Source of the DNA: Planctomycetota bacterium
GTDB lineage: Bacteria; Planctomycetota; Planctomycetia; Pirellulales; UBA1268
NCBI GenBank assembly: GCA_018970605.1
Contig: JAGWWA010000002.1
Coordinates: forward strand, 272-64,271
Reading direction: 5' to 3'
DNA: 64,000 nucleotides
The notes under the pieces were generated by a model. That model had not been told where the DNA came from. It saw only the letters and a program-made list of their open reading frames with translations, and ran no database searches. The translations under genes and the position numbers were made by a program. Below, in pieces: positions 28,002 to 38,900 of this stretch (positions are counted from its first letter, which is position 1; each line of letters begins with the position of its first letter).

Positions 28002-29165
28002 GTGTCAACGACGCCGCTTCGCACCCCCCTGGCCCCCTGGCACGAGTCGCATGGCGGACGCATGGTCGACTTCGCCGGGTGGTGGATGCCGGTGCAGTAC
28101 TCGTCGATCGTCGAGGAGCACCTCGCCACGCGGCAGGCGATCGGGATGTTCGACGTCTCGCACATGGGCCGGCTCGCGATCGAGGGTCCGTCCGCCCATG
28201 GCTGGCTTGAATCGCTGCTGACCCGCCGCGTGGCCGACATCGCGGTAGGCCAGGCCCGCTACACGCTGGTGACGAGCGACGAGGGCCCGTCGGGCGTGAC
28301 GATCCTCGACGACGCCCTCGTGACCCGAGAGACCGACGCGCCCGATGGCACACCCCGGTTCGCGATGGTGGTCAACGCGAGCAATCGCGACCGCGTCGTG
28401 GCGTGGCTGCGATCCCGGCTGCCGGCGGCGGGCCTGTCGTTCGCCGACCGGACGGCCGACACGGCGATGATCGCCGTGCAGGGGCCGCTGGCCGTGGCCA
28501 CGGTATGCGTGCTCTGCGGCGACGACGACGCGGGCCGGATCTCGGGGCTGGGGAACTACCGAGCCACGCGTGCCTTCGTGGCCGGCCAGCCGGCGGCGGT
28601 GAGCCGCACCGGCTACACGGGCGAGGATGGCGTGGAGGTGGTCGTGCAGGCGGCCGTGGCGGAGGACGTCTGGCAGGCGATCCACGACGCCGGCGCGCCA
28701 CGCGGACTCAAGCCCTGCGGTCTCGGCGCCCGCGACACGCTCCGGCTCGAGGCCGGCATGCCGCTCTACGGCCACGAACTCGTGGCGTCAAGCGACCCCT
28801 TTGCGATCGGCCTCGGCCTGGCCGTGAACCTGGAGAATGCAGCGGGCGGGCCGCGGCAGTTTCCCGGCCGCGATGCCCTCGCTCGGATGAAGGCGGCGGA
28901 GCCGTCCCGCGTCCGCGTTGGCCTGGCCTTCGAGTCGAAGCGGGCCGCTCGCGAGGGGAGCCCGGTGATGGCGGCGGGCCGCGAAGTCGGCAGCGTCAGC
29001 AGCGGAAGCCTCGCACCGTCGCTCGGCCACGCCGTGGCAATGGCGCTCCTCGATCGTGACGTGGCCACCGTCGGAACCACCACCGACGTCCTCGTCCGCG
29101 ACGTGCCACAGGCGGCCAGGGTCGTGCCGCTCCCGTTTTACAGGCGGCCCTCGCCACGCGGCTGA
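28002..29165 (+). CDS. gcvT: Glycine cleavage system aminomethyltransferase T
   Basis: LRTPL, MVDFAGWWMPVQY, FDVSHMG, SRTGYTGEDG and GARDTLRLEAG. Confidence 0.96.
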   Translation: MSTTPLRTPLAPWHESHGGRMVDFAGWWMPVQYSSIVEEHLATRQAIGMFDVSHMGRLAIEGPSAHGWLESLLTRRVADIAVGQARYTLVTSDEGPSGVTILDDALVTRETDAPDGTPRFAMVVNASNRDRVVAWLRSRLPAAGLSFADRTADTAMIAVQGPLAVATVCVLCGDDDAGRISGLGNYRATRAFVAGQPAAVSRTGYTGEDGVEVVVQAAVAEDVWQAIHDAGAPRGLKPCGLGARDTLRLEAGMPLYGHELVASSDPFAIGLGLAVNLENAAGGPRQFPGRDALARMKAAEPSRVRVGLAFESKRAAREGSPVMAAGREVGSVSSGSLAPSLGHAVAMALLDRDVATVGTTTDVLVRDVPQAARVVPLPFYRRPSPRG

Positions 29166-29225
29166 CCGCATCCGCTATCCTTCACCAGTCGGCAGCAAGT
29201 CGATCGACCCGAGGAGTGACTATCC

Positions 29226-29600
29226 ATGGCCGAGATGAAGTTTGCGAAGTCCCACGAATGGGTCCGCCCGGAGGCTGGTGGCCTGGCCACGGTCGGAATC
29301 TCGAAGTACGCCGTCGAGGCACTGACCGACCTGGTCTTCATGCAGCTACCCCCGGTGGGCAAAAAGGTGAAGGCGGGCGAGTCGCTCGGCGAGATCGAGA
29401 GCGTGAAGGCGGTGAGCGACATCTACGCACCTATCTCTGGCGAGATCGTCGAGGTCAACGCGGCACTTCCCGGCCAGCTCGACACGCTCGGCGCCGATCC
29501 CTACGGCGCCGGCTGGATCGTCCGTATCAAGCCCGACGACCCTGCTGAAATGGCCGGTCTGATGGATCAGGCGGCGTACGACGCGACCGTCAAGTCGTGA
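29226..29600 (+). CDS. gcvH: Glycine cleavage system H protein
   Basis: SHEWV, ESVKAVSDIYAP (lipoyl Lys) and DPYGAGW. Confidence 0.97.
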   Translation: MAEMKFAKSHEWVRPEAGGLATVGISKYAVEALTDLVFMQLPPVGKKVKAGESLGEIESVKAVSDIYAPISGEIVEVNAALPGQLDTLGADPYGAGWIVRIKPDDPAEMAGLMDQAAYDATVKS

Positions 29601-30388
29601 CGGCCGGCGTCCTGCCCGTCTGGTGGGACGATGCCGCCGACGGGCCGACCAACATGGCGGCCGACGAGCTCCTCGCCGAAGAGGCCGAGCGCCGCGGCGG
29701 CCTCGTGATCCGCCTGTATGCGTGGTCCGAGCCGACCGTGTCGCTCGGCGCCTTCCAACCGATTGCCGAGGCGGAGGCATCCGCCGCGATCGCGGGGCTG
29801 CCGATCGTCCGCCGGCCGAGCGGCGGCGGCGCGCTGGTGCACGGCACCGACCTGACCTACGCGGCGGCGGTGCCGAGATCGCATCCCTGGGGCGGCAGTC
29901 CCCAGGCGCTCTACGATGCCATGCATGGAGCGATGGTGGCGGTGCTCGGGATGCTCGGCTTCGACGCCCGTCTCCACCTGCCGTCGACCAACGATCCGCC
30001 CGGCGATGCCCTGCTCTGCTTCGCCCGCCGGTCTCCCGGCGACGTCGTTGTCTGCCGTCCGGGAAGGTCGGCCATGCCGACCGACCCCAAGGTGATGGGC
30101 AGCGCGCAGCGGAGGCTTGGCACGACGGTCTTGCAGCACGGAAGCCTGCTGCTCACCACCTGCCCGGCGGTGACCGCCGAGGCTCGCCACGATGGCCTGG
30201 CGGAACTCGCCGGCAAGGCCCCGGAGTGGACGGCGAAGTCACTGGCAGATCGATGGACGGCTCTCGTCGCCGAGCCCCTCGGAATCGTAAGGGAGTTTCA
30301 ACCGCAGGCGTTCGCGGCCGGGCGCGGGCAGGAGATTGCATCGCGCGCGGGCCGGTTCCGTGACCGACGATGGACGGCCCGCCGCTAA
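29597..30388 (+). CDS. Lipoate-protein ligase A / LipM-like octanoyltransferase
   Basis: NMAADE, RLYAW, VRRPSGGGA, KVMGSAQ and LQHGS. Overlaps the gcvH stop. Confidence 0.88.
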   Translation: MTAGVLPVWWDDAADGPTNMAADELLAEEAERRGGLVIRLYAWSEPTVSLGAFQPIAEAEASAAIAGLPIVRRPSGGGALVHGTDLTYAAAVPRSHPWGGSPQALYDAMHGAMVAVLGMLGFDARLHLPSTNDPPGDALLCFARRSPGDVVVCRPGRSAMPTDPKVMGSAQRRLGTTVLQHGSLLLTTCPAVTAEARHDGLAELAGKAPEWTAKSLADRWTALVAEPLGIVREFQPQAFAAGRGQEIASRAGRFRDRRWTARR

Positions 30389-30503
30389 GCAGGGCCGGAG
30401 GCTGGCCTGCATGGGTCGGCAGTTGGTATGATAGGTGCGTCTGAACCCGCCCACGGGCTTCGCCCCCCGATCGCCGGTGCGTTTCCCTCCCTCCGGGCCC
30501 ACC

Positions 30504-31184
30504 ATGATCGTCAAAATGATCGTCGCGTCCGGCAAGAGTGCCGGCCGATCCATCGCCATCAAGCGCAACAAACTTCTGATCGGCCGAGCCGAACAGTGCG
30601 ACGTTCGGCCCCTGAGCGAAGAGGTGAGCCGGAGGCACTGCGCGATCACCGTCGGGCCGACGGAAATCTGGGTCGAGGATCTCGGCAGCCGCAACGGAAC
30701 GTTCGTCAACGGCACGAAAATCACCGAGCGGACGAAGATCGTGGACGGAGACATCGTCCGTGTGGCTTCGCTCGAGCTGAAGGTTTCATGCACGGCCCCC
30801 GCACCGCAGGCGGGCGGGTCCGAGGACGACGTTTCGCGGTGGCTGATGGCCGACGATCAGCCCGCCGGGATGTCGGACACGACGAGGTCGCTGACGCCCG
30901 CGGAAGACGAGTCGGCCGACGGCAGTTCGAGCAGCATCCACACCGTGGCCCCGAACCAGACATCCACGGGTTCGACGATCGGCGGTTCCTTCGTTTCCGG
31001 GATCGATGCCGTCCCCAAGGACGAATCCGGGTCCGGCTCGAGCCGCTCGGCACTGGAAGCCCTCAAGGCCGCCAGCAACTCGAAGCCGAGCGGACTCCCG
31101 CAGGGTGCCGCAAAGAAGGCAGCCGCCGACTCGTCGCGCGATGCGGCCGCCGAGGCCCTCAAGAAGTTTTTCGACCGGAAGTGA
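30504..31184 (+). CDS. FHA domain protein with a Ser/Thr-rich disordered tail
   Basis: IGR, VSRRHC and [15 protein letters not shown] motifs. Confidence 0.92.
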   Translation: MIVKMIVASGKSAGRSIAIKRNKLLIGRAEQCDVRPLSEEVSRRHCAITVGPTEIWVEDLGSRNGTFVNGTKITERTKIVDGDIVRVASLELKVSCTAPAPQAGGSEDDVSRWLMADDQPAGMSDTTRSLTPAEDESADGSSSSIHTVAPNQTSTGSTIGGSFVSGIDAVPKDESGSGSSRSALEALKAASNSKPSGLPQGAAKKAAADSSRDAAAEALKKFFDRK

Positions 31185-31344
31185 GGGTCGTGCGGGTCGT
31201 GCGGCCCGTGGACCTTACCCGACCCGGTTTCTTTCGCGGACCGGCACCGCTTCGCCAACCGTCATCGGTCATGCTTCCGGCAGACCTTCGCAGCGATCCC
31301 GCAGCGTCGGTCCTCGGCCGGTCCTCGTCATCAGGAGCCCACGC

Positions 31345-31605
31345 ATGTCCGCCACCGCCACCACCCAGTCGCCCGGCATCGCCGCCCGCCGCCATCGCGT
31401 CGCGGAGAGCCAGCAGCCTGCCCGTCATGCACGTCGTCGCATGATCGACCCCACCACCTGCGAGCGCGACTACGGCGCTGACGAGATTGAGTTCATGCAG
31501 GCTCTCGACCGTTACAAGCGGACCAGCGGCCGGATGTTCCCGACCTGCAGCGAAGTTCTCCAAGTGCTGCGATCGCTCGGCTACGAACGGGTCGCCGCGG
31601 GCTGA
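31345..31605 (+). CDS. Small hypothetical protein ([10 protein letters not shown] family, planctomycete-type)
   Basis: RBS aggag. Sequence [40 protein letters not shown] resembles a family I recall from planctomycetes (not verified). Confidence 0.75.
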   Translation: MSATATTQSPGIAARRHRVAESQQPARHARRRMIDPTTCERDYGADEIEFMQALDRYKRTSGRMFPTCSEVLQVLRSLGYERVAAG

Positions 31606-31998
31606 GACGGGGCATACGCGGCCCCGAGCGGTGCGGAGCCAGCATGCCCCCATCGCTTACGCGATTGGGCTTCCTGAGTCCCGGCATGCCCCCATCGCTC
31701 ACGCGATTGGGCTTCCTGACCAGGAAGCGAGGGGATGCCCGTGCCCTCGAGCGGGCTGTGGGAGCAAGCGAAGCCACGATGGCGAAGCGCAGCGGACACG
31801 CAGTGAGCCGAGGCCGGGAGGGCCGAGGCGAACGTCCAGCGAGACGGCATGGGCGGCCCCGAGCGGTGCGGAGCCAGCATGCCCCCATCGCTTACGCGAT
31901 TGGGCTTCCTGAGTCCCGGCGTGCCCCCATCGCTTACGCGATTGGGCTTCCTGAGTCCCGGCGTGCCCCCATCGCTTACGCGATTTGGCTTCCTGATG
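31606..31998 (+). repeat. Repeat mosaic 6: partial C end, A, A (31645, 31687), C (31726-31864), A, A, A (31880, 31922, 31964)
   Basis: Five A copies with a 42-bp period and linker tcccggc(a/g). The lead-in gccccgagcggtgcggagccagca is duplicated. Confidence 0.93.
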
Positions 31999-32170
31999 CA
32001 GGGAGCGAGAGGCCCCGAGCCCGTGAGCATCGACCGGGCAAGACAGGCGGTTCGGGCGGGCTTGCTCCGGCAGGGCCCGTCCCTCTAGGTTCCCGCCCCC
32101 GCACGCCGGCGGGAACCGGAGTCTCCCGTTGCACCTGCCCGTCCGCTCCCCCCGCTCGCCCGCGCTGTCG

Positions 32171-32908
32171 ATGCGCTGCCGCATGGCCGGCATGCTGCTC
32201 GCCGCCGCCTGCGCCGGCTGCGGCGGGATGGCGAAGACCGACAACGCGGAGGGCGTGAAGCTCTACCAGCAGGGCAACTACCTCGGCGCAGTCAACTCGT
32301 TTCAGCAGGCGCTCGCGAAGCAGCCCGGCAACCCCGACACGTTCTACAACCTCGGCGCCACCTACCACCAGCAGGCGAAACTCTTCGGCCGGGAGGCCGA
32401 CCAGCAGACGGCCGAGCAGTACTACCACCTCTGCCTGGCACGAAACCCGAGTCACGAGGCCTGCCAGCGGGCGCTCGCCGTGCTCCTCGTGGAAGAGAAG
32501 CGGAACGACGAGGCGGTGACGCAGCTCAACGCCTGGGCCCAGAGCCAGCCGACCAATCCCGCCCCGCACATCGAGTTGGCCCGGCTCGCCCAGGAGCACG
32601 GTAATGTCCAAGAGGCGGAAAACCAACTGATCGATGCCCTCGCGATCGATCCCAACAACACCCGAGCCCTCGTCGCCCTCGGCAGCCTGCGGGAGTCGGC
32701 GGGCGACCCGGCGCAGGCTCTGGCCAACTACAGCCGGGCGCTGGCCGCCGATCCCCAACAGCCGGCTGTCGCCGCGAAGATGGCGAGCCTCCAAGCCTCG
32801 CAGGCCGCCGCCTACCGCACCGCGGCGCTGCCGCCACCACCACCCCCCATGCCCGTCGCTCCTCTCCAGGCACCGCTCCAGGCACCGCCGGGGAACGCGG
32901 GCCGTTGA
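32171..32908 (+). CDS. Tetratricopeptide repeat lipoprotein
   Basis: Lipobox-like ACAGC. TPR patterns (YNLGATY, ALAIDPNN) and a Pro-rich tail. Confidence 0.82.
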   Translation: MRCRMAGMLLAAACAGCGGMAKTDNAEGVKLYQQGNYLGAVNSFQQALAKQPGNPDTFYNLGATYHQQAKLFGREADQQTAEQYYHLCLARNPSHEACQRALAVLLVEEKRNDEAVTQLNAWAQSQPTNPAPHIELARLAQEHGNVQEAENQLIDALAIDPNNTRALVALGSLRESAGDPAQALANYSRALAADPQQPAVAAKMASLQASQAAAYRTAALPPPPPPMPVAPLQAPLQAPPGNAGR

Positions 32909-32968
32909 CCCTCCGCGCGGCGACTCCTATTCTGCCCCGTGAATCCACAGGATTTTCGGGTGCCCGCC

Positions 32969-34066
32969 ATGACGGATCGCGTCTTCAACTTCTCCCCCGG
33001 ACCGGCCGTCTTGCCGGTCGAGGTGCTCGAGCAGGCCCGCGACGAGATGCTCTCCCTGCCGGGAGTGGGCATGTCGGTCCTGGAGATCAGCCATCGCAGC
33101 CCCGCCTTCGACCGCATCCTCGAGGACACCCTCGCCGGCCTGAAGCGGCTGCTGGGCATCGGTGACTCCCACGAGGTGATCTTCCTGCAGGGCGGAGCCA
33201 GCCTGCAGTTCTCGATGGTGCCGATGAACCTCCTCCGCGGCCAATCCGCCTCGGCCGACTACGTGATCACCGGCACCTGGGGTGCGACGGGGGCCAAGGA
33301 AGCGCGGCGTGAGGGCAAGGTGCACGTCGCCTGGGACGGCGCCGCCACCAACCACGATCGGCTGCCGACCGACCGCGAGATCGCGCTGTCGCCGCAGCCC
33401 GCCTACGTCCACATCACGAGCAACGAGACGATCCAGGGCGTGCAGTGGAAGCACGATCCCGACTTCGGTCCCGCGCCGCTGGTCTGCGACTGCTCCAGCG
33501 ACTTCCTCTCGCGGCCGATCGACGTCTCCCGCTACGGCCTGATCTACGCCTGCGCCCAGAAGAACGCGGGCATCGCCGGCGTGACCACCGTGATCATCCG
33601 CAAGGATCTCCTCGAGCGGTCGCGGGACGACCTGCCGACCATGCTCGACTACCGCACCTTCGTGAAGAACGGATCGCGGCCCAACACGCCGCCCGTGTTC
33701 GCGATCTACATCCTCGATCTGGTCTGCCGGTGGATCAGCGGCCGGATGGGCGGCCTGCAGGGCATGGCGAGGCACAACGCGGCGAAGGCCAAACTGCTGT
33801 ACGACACGCTCGACCAGTCGGGCGGCTTCTACGCCGGCCACGCCCGCCCCGAATGCCGTTCCGACATGAACGTCACCTTCCGGCTGCCCGACGAGGCGAC
33901 CGAGAAGGCCTTCGTGTCCGGAGCGGTGAAGCGCGGCCTGATGGATCTCAAGGGCCACCGTTCCGTCGGCGGCATCCGGGCGAGCATCTACAACGCGATG
34001 CCGGTTGCCGGCGTCGAGGCTCTTCGCGACTTCATGACGGATTTCCAGCGCGAGCACCAGGACTGA
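32969..34066 (+). CDS. serC: Phosphoserine aminotransferase
   Basis: FNFSPGPA, EISHRS, FLQGGAS, AQKN (PLP Lys), NTPP and GHRSVGGIRASIYNA. Confidence 0.97.
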   Translation: MTDRVFNFSPGPAVLPVEVLEQARDEMLSLPGVGMSVLEISHRSPAFDRILEDTLAGLKRLLGIGDSHEVIFLQGGASLQFSMVPMNLLRGQSASADYVITGTWGATGAKEARREGKVHVAWDGAATNHDRLPTDREIALSPQPAYVHITSNETIQGVQWKHDPDFGPAPLVCDCSSDFLSRPIDVSRYGLIYACAQKNAGIAGVTTVIIRKDLLERSRDDLPTMLDYRTFVKNGSRPNTPPVFAIYILDLVCRWISGRMGGLQGMARHNAAKAKLLYDTLDQSGGFYAGHARPECRSDMNVTFRLPDEATEKAFVSGAVKRGLMDLKGHRSVGGIRASIYNAMPVAGVEALRDFMTDFQREHQD

Positions 34067-34109
34067 CCCCTCCCACCCCCGCCTCCCGCAGCCCCTTGGA
34101 CCGCCGCCC

Positions 34110-35768
34110 ATGCCCTCGATCATCGTGCTCGACACGCTCAGCCCCGACGGCCTCGCCCTGCTCGACGCGGCCAAGCCGCATGGCATCACCTACGAGGTGA
34201 AGACCGGCCTCTCGGGCGACGCCCTCCGCGAGGCGCTCGCCCAGCACGACGGGGCGATCTGCCGCAGCGGCGTGAAGATCACCGCCGACGCCCTGGCGGG
34301 CAACCACCGGCTCCGGGCGATCGTGCGGGCCGGCGTGGGCACCGACAACATCGACAAGGAAGCGGCGACGCGGCTCGGGATCGTGGTCATGAACACGCCC
34401 GCCGGCAACACGCTCAGCACGGCGGAACACGCCTTCGCCCTGATGCTCGGCCTGTCGCGAAACGTGGCTGCCGCCGACGCCAGCCTGCGGGCCCACAAGT
34501 GGGACCGCAACAAGTTCATGGGCGTGCAACTCGCCGGCAAGACGCTGGGCATCGTGGGTCTCGGGCGCATCGGTCAGGCAGTGGCGGAGCGGGCGCGGGC
34601 GTTCGACATGCGGGTGCTCGGCTACGATCCGTTCCTCTCGCCCGACCGCGCGGCCGAACTCGGCATCGAACTGGTCGACAGCGTCCGTGGCATGCTCCCC
34701 GAGGTCGACTATCTCACCGTGCACACGCCGCTCACCGACGAGACCCGCCACCTCGTCGGCATGAAGGAACTCGACATCCTCAAGCCGGGAATCCGCCTGC
34801 TCAACTGCGCCCGCGGCGGCATCTACGACGAGGCCGCCCTCGCCGAAGGACTCAAGCGGGGCGTGATCGGCGGTGTGGCACTCGACGTCTTCGAGAAGGA
34901 GCCGTGCACCGACAGCCCGCTGTTCGGCATGCCGGGCGTCCTCGTGACGCCGCACCTCGGCGCCAGCACCGAGGAAGCCCAGTCGCAGGTGGCCGTCGAG
35001 GGCGTCGGCCTGCTGGTCGATTTCCTGACCACCGGCTCCGTCCGCCACGCCGTCAACTCGTCGGCGATCGATCCTGCCGCCCTGGAGGGCGTCCGCGGCT
35101 TCCTCGACCTCGCCTGGCGGCTCGGGCTGCTGCTCTCGCAACTCGATTCGGGTGCCCCGCGGTCGTGCTCGATCGCCTACCGCGGCGAGATCGCCTCGCG
35201 CAACACGCGGCTGGTCACCGCCGCCTTCGCCGCCGGCCTCCTCGAGGGTTCGATCGAGGACGTGAACATCGTCAACGCCGAGATGCTGCTCCGGGAGCGG
35301 GGCATCGAGCTCGTGGAGCAGAGCCGCACCGATCCGGGCGCGTTCAGTTCGGTGGTGGCGGTCGATCTCGTCGGCGGCGACCACGTGCACCGCGCGGCAG
35401 GCACGCTGTTCGGCCACTCCATGCCCCGAATCGTGCAGCTCGAGGGCCATCGGCTCGAGGCCTACCTCGACGGGATCCTGCTCGTGTTCACGCATCAGGA
35501 CGTGCCCGGCATCATCGGCCGCGTCGGCACGGCGTTCGGCCAGTCGGGCGTCAACATCGCCCAGATGACGGTGGGCCGATCCACGCCGGGCGGCGATGCG
35601 ATCGGGGTGCTGAACCTCGATCACGAGCCGTCGCCTGAATCGGTCGCCGCCGTGGCGGCCTGCCCGGGCGTGAAGTCCGCGCGAGTCGTCAAGCTGCCGG
35701 CTGCGGGTCAACTCCCCGCGTGGCTGGCCGCCTCGTCGGCGTCGTCACGTGGCACGCGGCGGGCGTGA
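34110..35768 (+). CDS. serA: D-3-phosphoglycerate dehydrogenase (with ASB and ACT domains)
   Basis: RAGVGTDNID, GLGRIG, NCARGG, TPHLGAST and C-terminal ACT DVPGIIG..NIA. Confidence 0.96.
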   Translation: MPSIIVLDTLSPDGLALLDAAKPHGITYEVKTGLSGDALREALAQHDGAICRSGVKITADALAGNHRLRAIVRAGVGTDNIDKEAATRLGIVVMNTPAGNTLSTAEHAFALMLGLSRNVAAADASLRAHKWDRNKFMGVQLAGKTLGIVGLGRIGQAVAERARAFDMRVLGYDPFLSPDRAAELGIELVDSVRGMLPEVDYLTVHTPLTDETRHLVGMKELDILKPGIRLLNCARGGIYDEAALAEGLKRGVIGGVALDVFEKEPCTDSPLFGMPGVLVTPHLGASTEEAQSQVAVEGVGLLVDFLTTGSVRHAVNSSAIDPAALEGVRGFLDLAWRLGLLLSQLDSGAPRSCSIAYRGEIASRNTRLVTAAFAAGLLEGSIEDVNIVNAEMLLRERGIELVEQSRTDPGAFSSVVAVDLVGGDHVHRAAGTLFGHSMPRIVQLEGHRLEAYLDGILLVFTHQDVPGIIGRVGTAFGQSGVNIAQMTVGRSTPGGDAIGVLNLDHEPSPESVAAVAACPGVKSARVVKLPAAGQLPAWLAASSASSRGTRRA

Positions 35769-35974
35769 TCCAGGCCCCGCGGAGCGAGCCCACGTGAGGC
35801 TCGTGCGGCCCCCAAGAACGCAACGTCGCGCGGTGCCGCGGCCGAGGCCTGACGACGTTCGGCGTCCAGCCGAAGGCATGCCGAAATGCATGCCGACGGT
35901 TTGACGGCCTCATGAGACCGCCCCACAATGCAGGGGTGAGCGTTTTTGGATCCTCCCACCCGCTTTGTCGCCCC

Positions 35975-38900
35975 ATGCGCACGGCTCACAGGGCTCTCGG
36001 CCTGCTCCTCGTCGCCCTGATCGGCATGCCGCAGGCGTCCGGCGAATCGGTGAGCGAGCGATCCACTCGGGCCCTGCTCGAAGGGCTCGAGGATCGCCAG
36101 ATGCCCGACGTGATGCTCTGGGTGGTGGAGCGGGCCGCTGCCGACCCGTCGATCTCCGAGGACTTCAAGGCCGAACTGCCGTTTCGTCGTGCCGAGGCGC
36201 TCGTGGGCGTCAGCCGTACGGAGGGCGACGCCGCGAAGCGCGGTGCGTATCTCGACGACGCCGAGAAATCGCTCGATGCGTTTCTGGCGAACTCCCCTAC
36301 CGGCGACCTGGCGATCACCGCCTACACGCAGAAGGGCACCCTGCTGATCGATCGAGGGCAAAAGAAGCTCGAACAGGCAAAACGCCCCGGCCAGGACGCT
36401 GCCGGGCTTTCCGCCGAGGCGACGGCCTTTTTCGACGCCGCCATCAGATCGCTCAAGGGCACCGTGACGCCCGACCAGAAGGAGATCGCGACTGTCACCA
36501 ATGCCGAGGATGCGATCATTCAGTCGCTTCGAGAGGTCGATGCGGAGATCGCTGCGCTCAAGCCGACGGACACCCCGCGGAAGAAGCCGGCCGCCAGACG
36601 GCCGGCGGACCAGCAGAAGACGCTGGATCGCCTCGAAGAGTCGCAGAAGAAGTATCAGGGGCAACTGCTCGCCACGCGAATCCTCGTGGGCGCCGCGCTG
36701 TTCGAGAAATCCAAGGCCGCCCCGTCCGGATCGAAGGAGGCGGCGGCGGCGCTCACGGAATCCACGGATCTCTTCAAGGGCATCGCGGAGAAGTACGCCG
36801 CATCGGCGCCCACGGCGGCAACCTATGCCCGGTATTACTGGGGCCGCAACCTGGCGGCGAGTGGCAAGCACGCGGCCGCCGCGGACATCCTCGCCCCCGT
36901 CGTCGCGATCGACGACAAGTCTCCGGTGGCGGTCGGCCTCAGGGCGAAGGCGGCCAACACGAGCCTCGAGTGCTGGCTGGCCATGGTGGCCGCCGAGAAG
37001 GATCCGGCACGGGCCCGCGGAGTCCTCGAGCGGGTCGATGACAGCCTGCGCCGGTTCGTGCTCACGCCGGCCGAAAAACTTCCCGGCCGCAGCCTCGACG
37101 CGGAGTGGCTCGCGCTCAAGTACCGCGCGGCTGCGGCCCTCGCCGCCCTTGCCGAGAGGGTCGATGCGAAGGAACGGCAGGCGCGGGGGTTGCTGCAGCG
37201 AGACGCCCGCAAGCTCGCCATCGAGGTGGCCATGGCGAACAAGGACTTCGCCAAGGAGGCGCGTGAACTCGCCGGAAAACTCGGCAAGGAACTGCCCGAC
37301 GGCGAAGATGACAAGGACGTGGCGGCGATCGTGGCCGACGCCCGTGTTTCCTACGCGGCCTTTCAGGAGAAGCAGGCCGAGGCGAAGCAGCTCCAGGCGA
37401 CCGGCAAGGCAGCCGAGGCGTCCGCGAAACTCGCCGAGTCGGCCACCGACCGCGATGCGGCGACGACGCTGTTCGAACGGGCCGTTGCGGTCGGCGACGC
37501 CGACCCGAAGGCCGACGTGACGGCGGTCAACACGGCGCGGTCGATGCTCGCCTTCCTGTACTACGACGCCAAGCGGTATGCCGACGCCGCGACCGTCGGC
37601 ACGCTTCTGCTGGAACGGTATCCCAACTCGTATGGCAGCAAGCAGGCCGCCAGGGTGGCGCTTGCCAGCCTGCAGCATCTGGCACTCCAGCCCGACCCCG
37701 CGGCCGCCGCCCAGGCCAAACAGAACCTGATGGCCGTCGCCACCAGCATGGGCCGAACCTGGCCGGCTGAGCCCGAAGGGGCCGACGCCTACTCCGTGCT
37801 CCTCAACGCCGCGATCGAAGCGCACGCCCCGGCGACGATCGAGGAACTGCTGGCCGCATGCCCGACGGCTTCGCCGCGGCGGGCGGAGTTTGCGATGCGG
37901 GCGGGAACGGCCCTGCGACGCGAAGCCCAGGATGCCCGCAAACGCGAGCCCGACGCCCGCCCCTCCGATGCAGACATCGAGCGCTGGAACGCAGCGGCGC
38001 ACGCGGCCATCGACGAGGGCCTTGCCTCGCTCGAAGGCGCGACGACGCTGCCGCCCGGACCCGCTGCGAAGGTCGCGGTGTCGGCCGCGCTCGCCCGCGT
38101 GCAGATGGCCCTCGAGGATGGCGACCGCACCACGGCCGGCCGGCTCCTCGAGCACCCGGTGTTCGGACCCTGGACCGCCGTGACCTCGGGTGATCCGACC
38201 CTTTCCCAGGGGCACCTCGCGGAGGGCGCGCTGACGGTGGCCTTGCGGCACTTCATCGAAACGGAACAGCTCGACAAGGCCCAGAAGGCGATGGACGCGC
38301 TCGAGACGGCCGCCGGCCTCGGCGCGGAGGCCTCCGCCAAACTCACGGCCATGTACCTGGCGATGGGCCGTGACCTCCAGGGGCAGCTTGAAGCCCTTGG
38401 AAGCGGCCCCGAGGCAGGCAGCCCCCAGGTTCGCGAACGGGCGACGAGGATTCTCCAGGGGTTTGAAAAGTTTCTCGACGGGGTCGCCACGCGCGATGCG
38501 AAGGTCTCCTCGCAGGTGTGGGTGGCGACCACGTACCTGACGCTCGGGTCGGGCAGGGGCACGGGATCGATCGTGTCACGGTCCAAGGCGGAGCAGTATC
38601 TCGACCGCGCCGCGGAGGCCTATGCCAGGCTGCTTGCCCGCAAGGACGACCCCCAGGCTTCGGAAAAGGAACGTGCGGAGGCTGCCGCCTTCGAGCCGTC
38701 GATCCGCCTCAAGATGGCGAGCATCTACAAGGACCGTGGCCGGTGGGACGATGCGCAGCAGCAGCTCGACTGGATCCTCGCCGACCAGAAGCGGCAGAAC
38801 TCGCTCGAGATCCAGGTTCAGGCCGCGGAACTGCTCGAGGCTGCCGGCAGGGCGGCCGGCGAATCTGGAGACACCGCGAAGGCAGACGCTTTGCTGCGCG

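Noticed and set aside
31644-32258. Repeated peptide MPPSLTRLGFL (ORFs at 5405, 22506, 31644, 31849) as a RiPP-like precursor
   Set aside because: It is the translation of module A. The frame is not kept between clusters, the ATG is absent in several copies, and no modification enzymes are nearby. The synonymous-looking ctc/ctt/ctg variation coincides with the hairpin loop.
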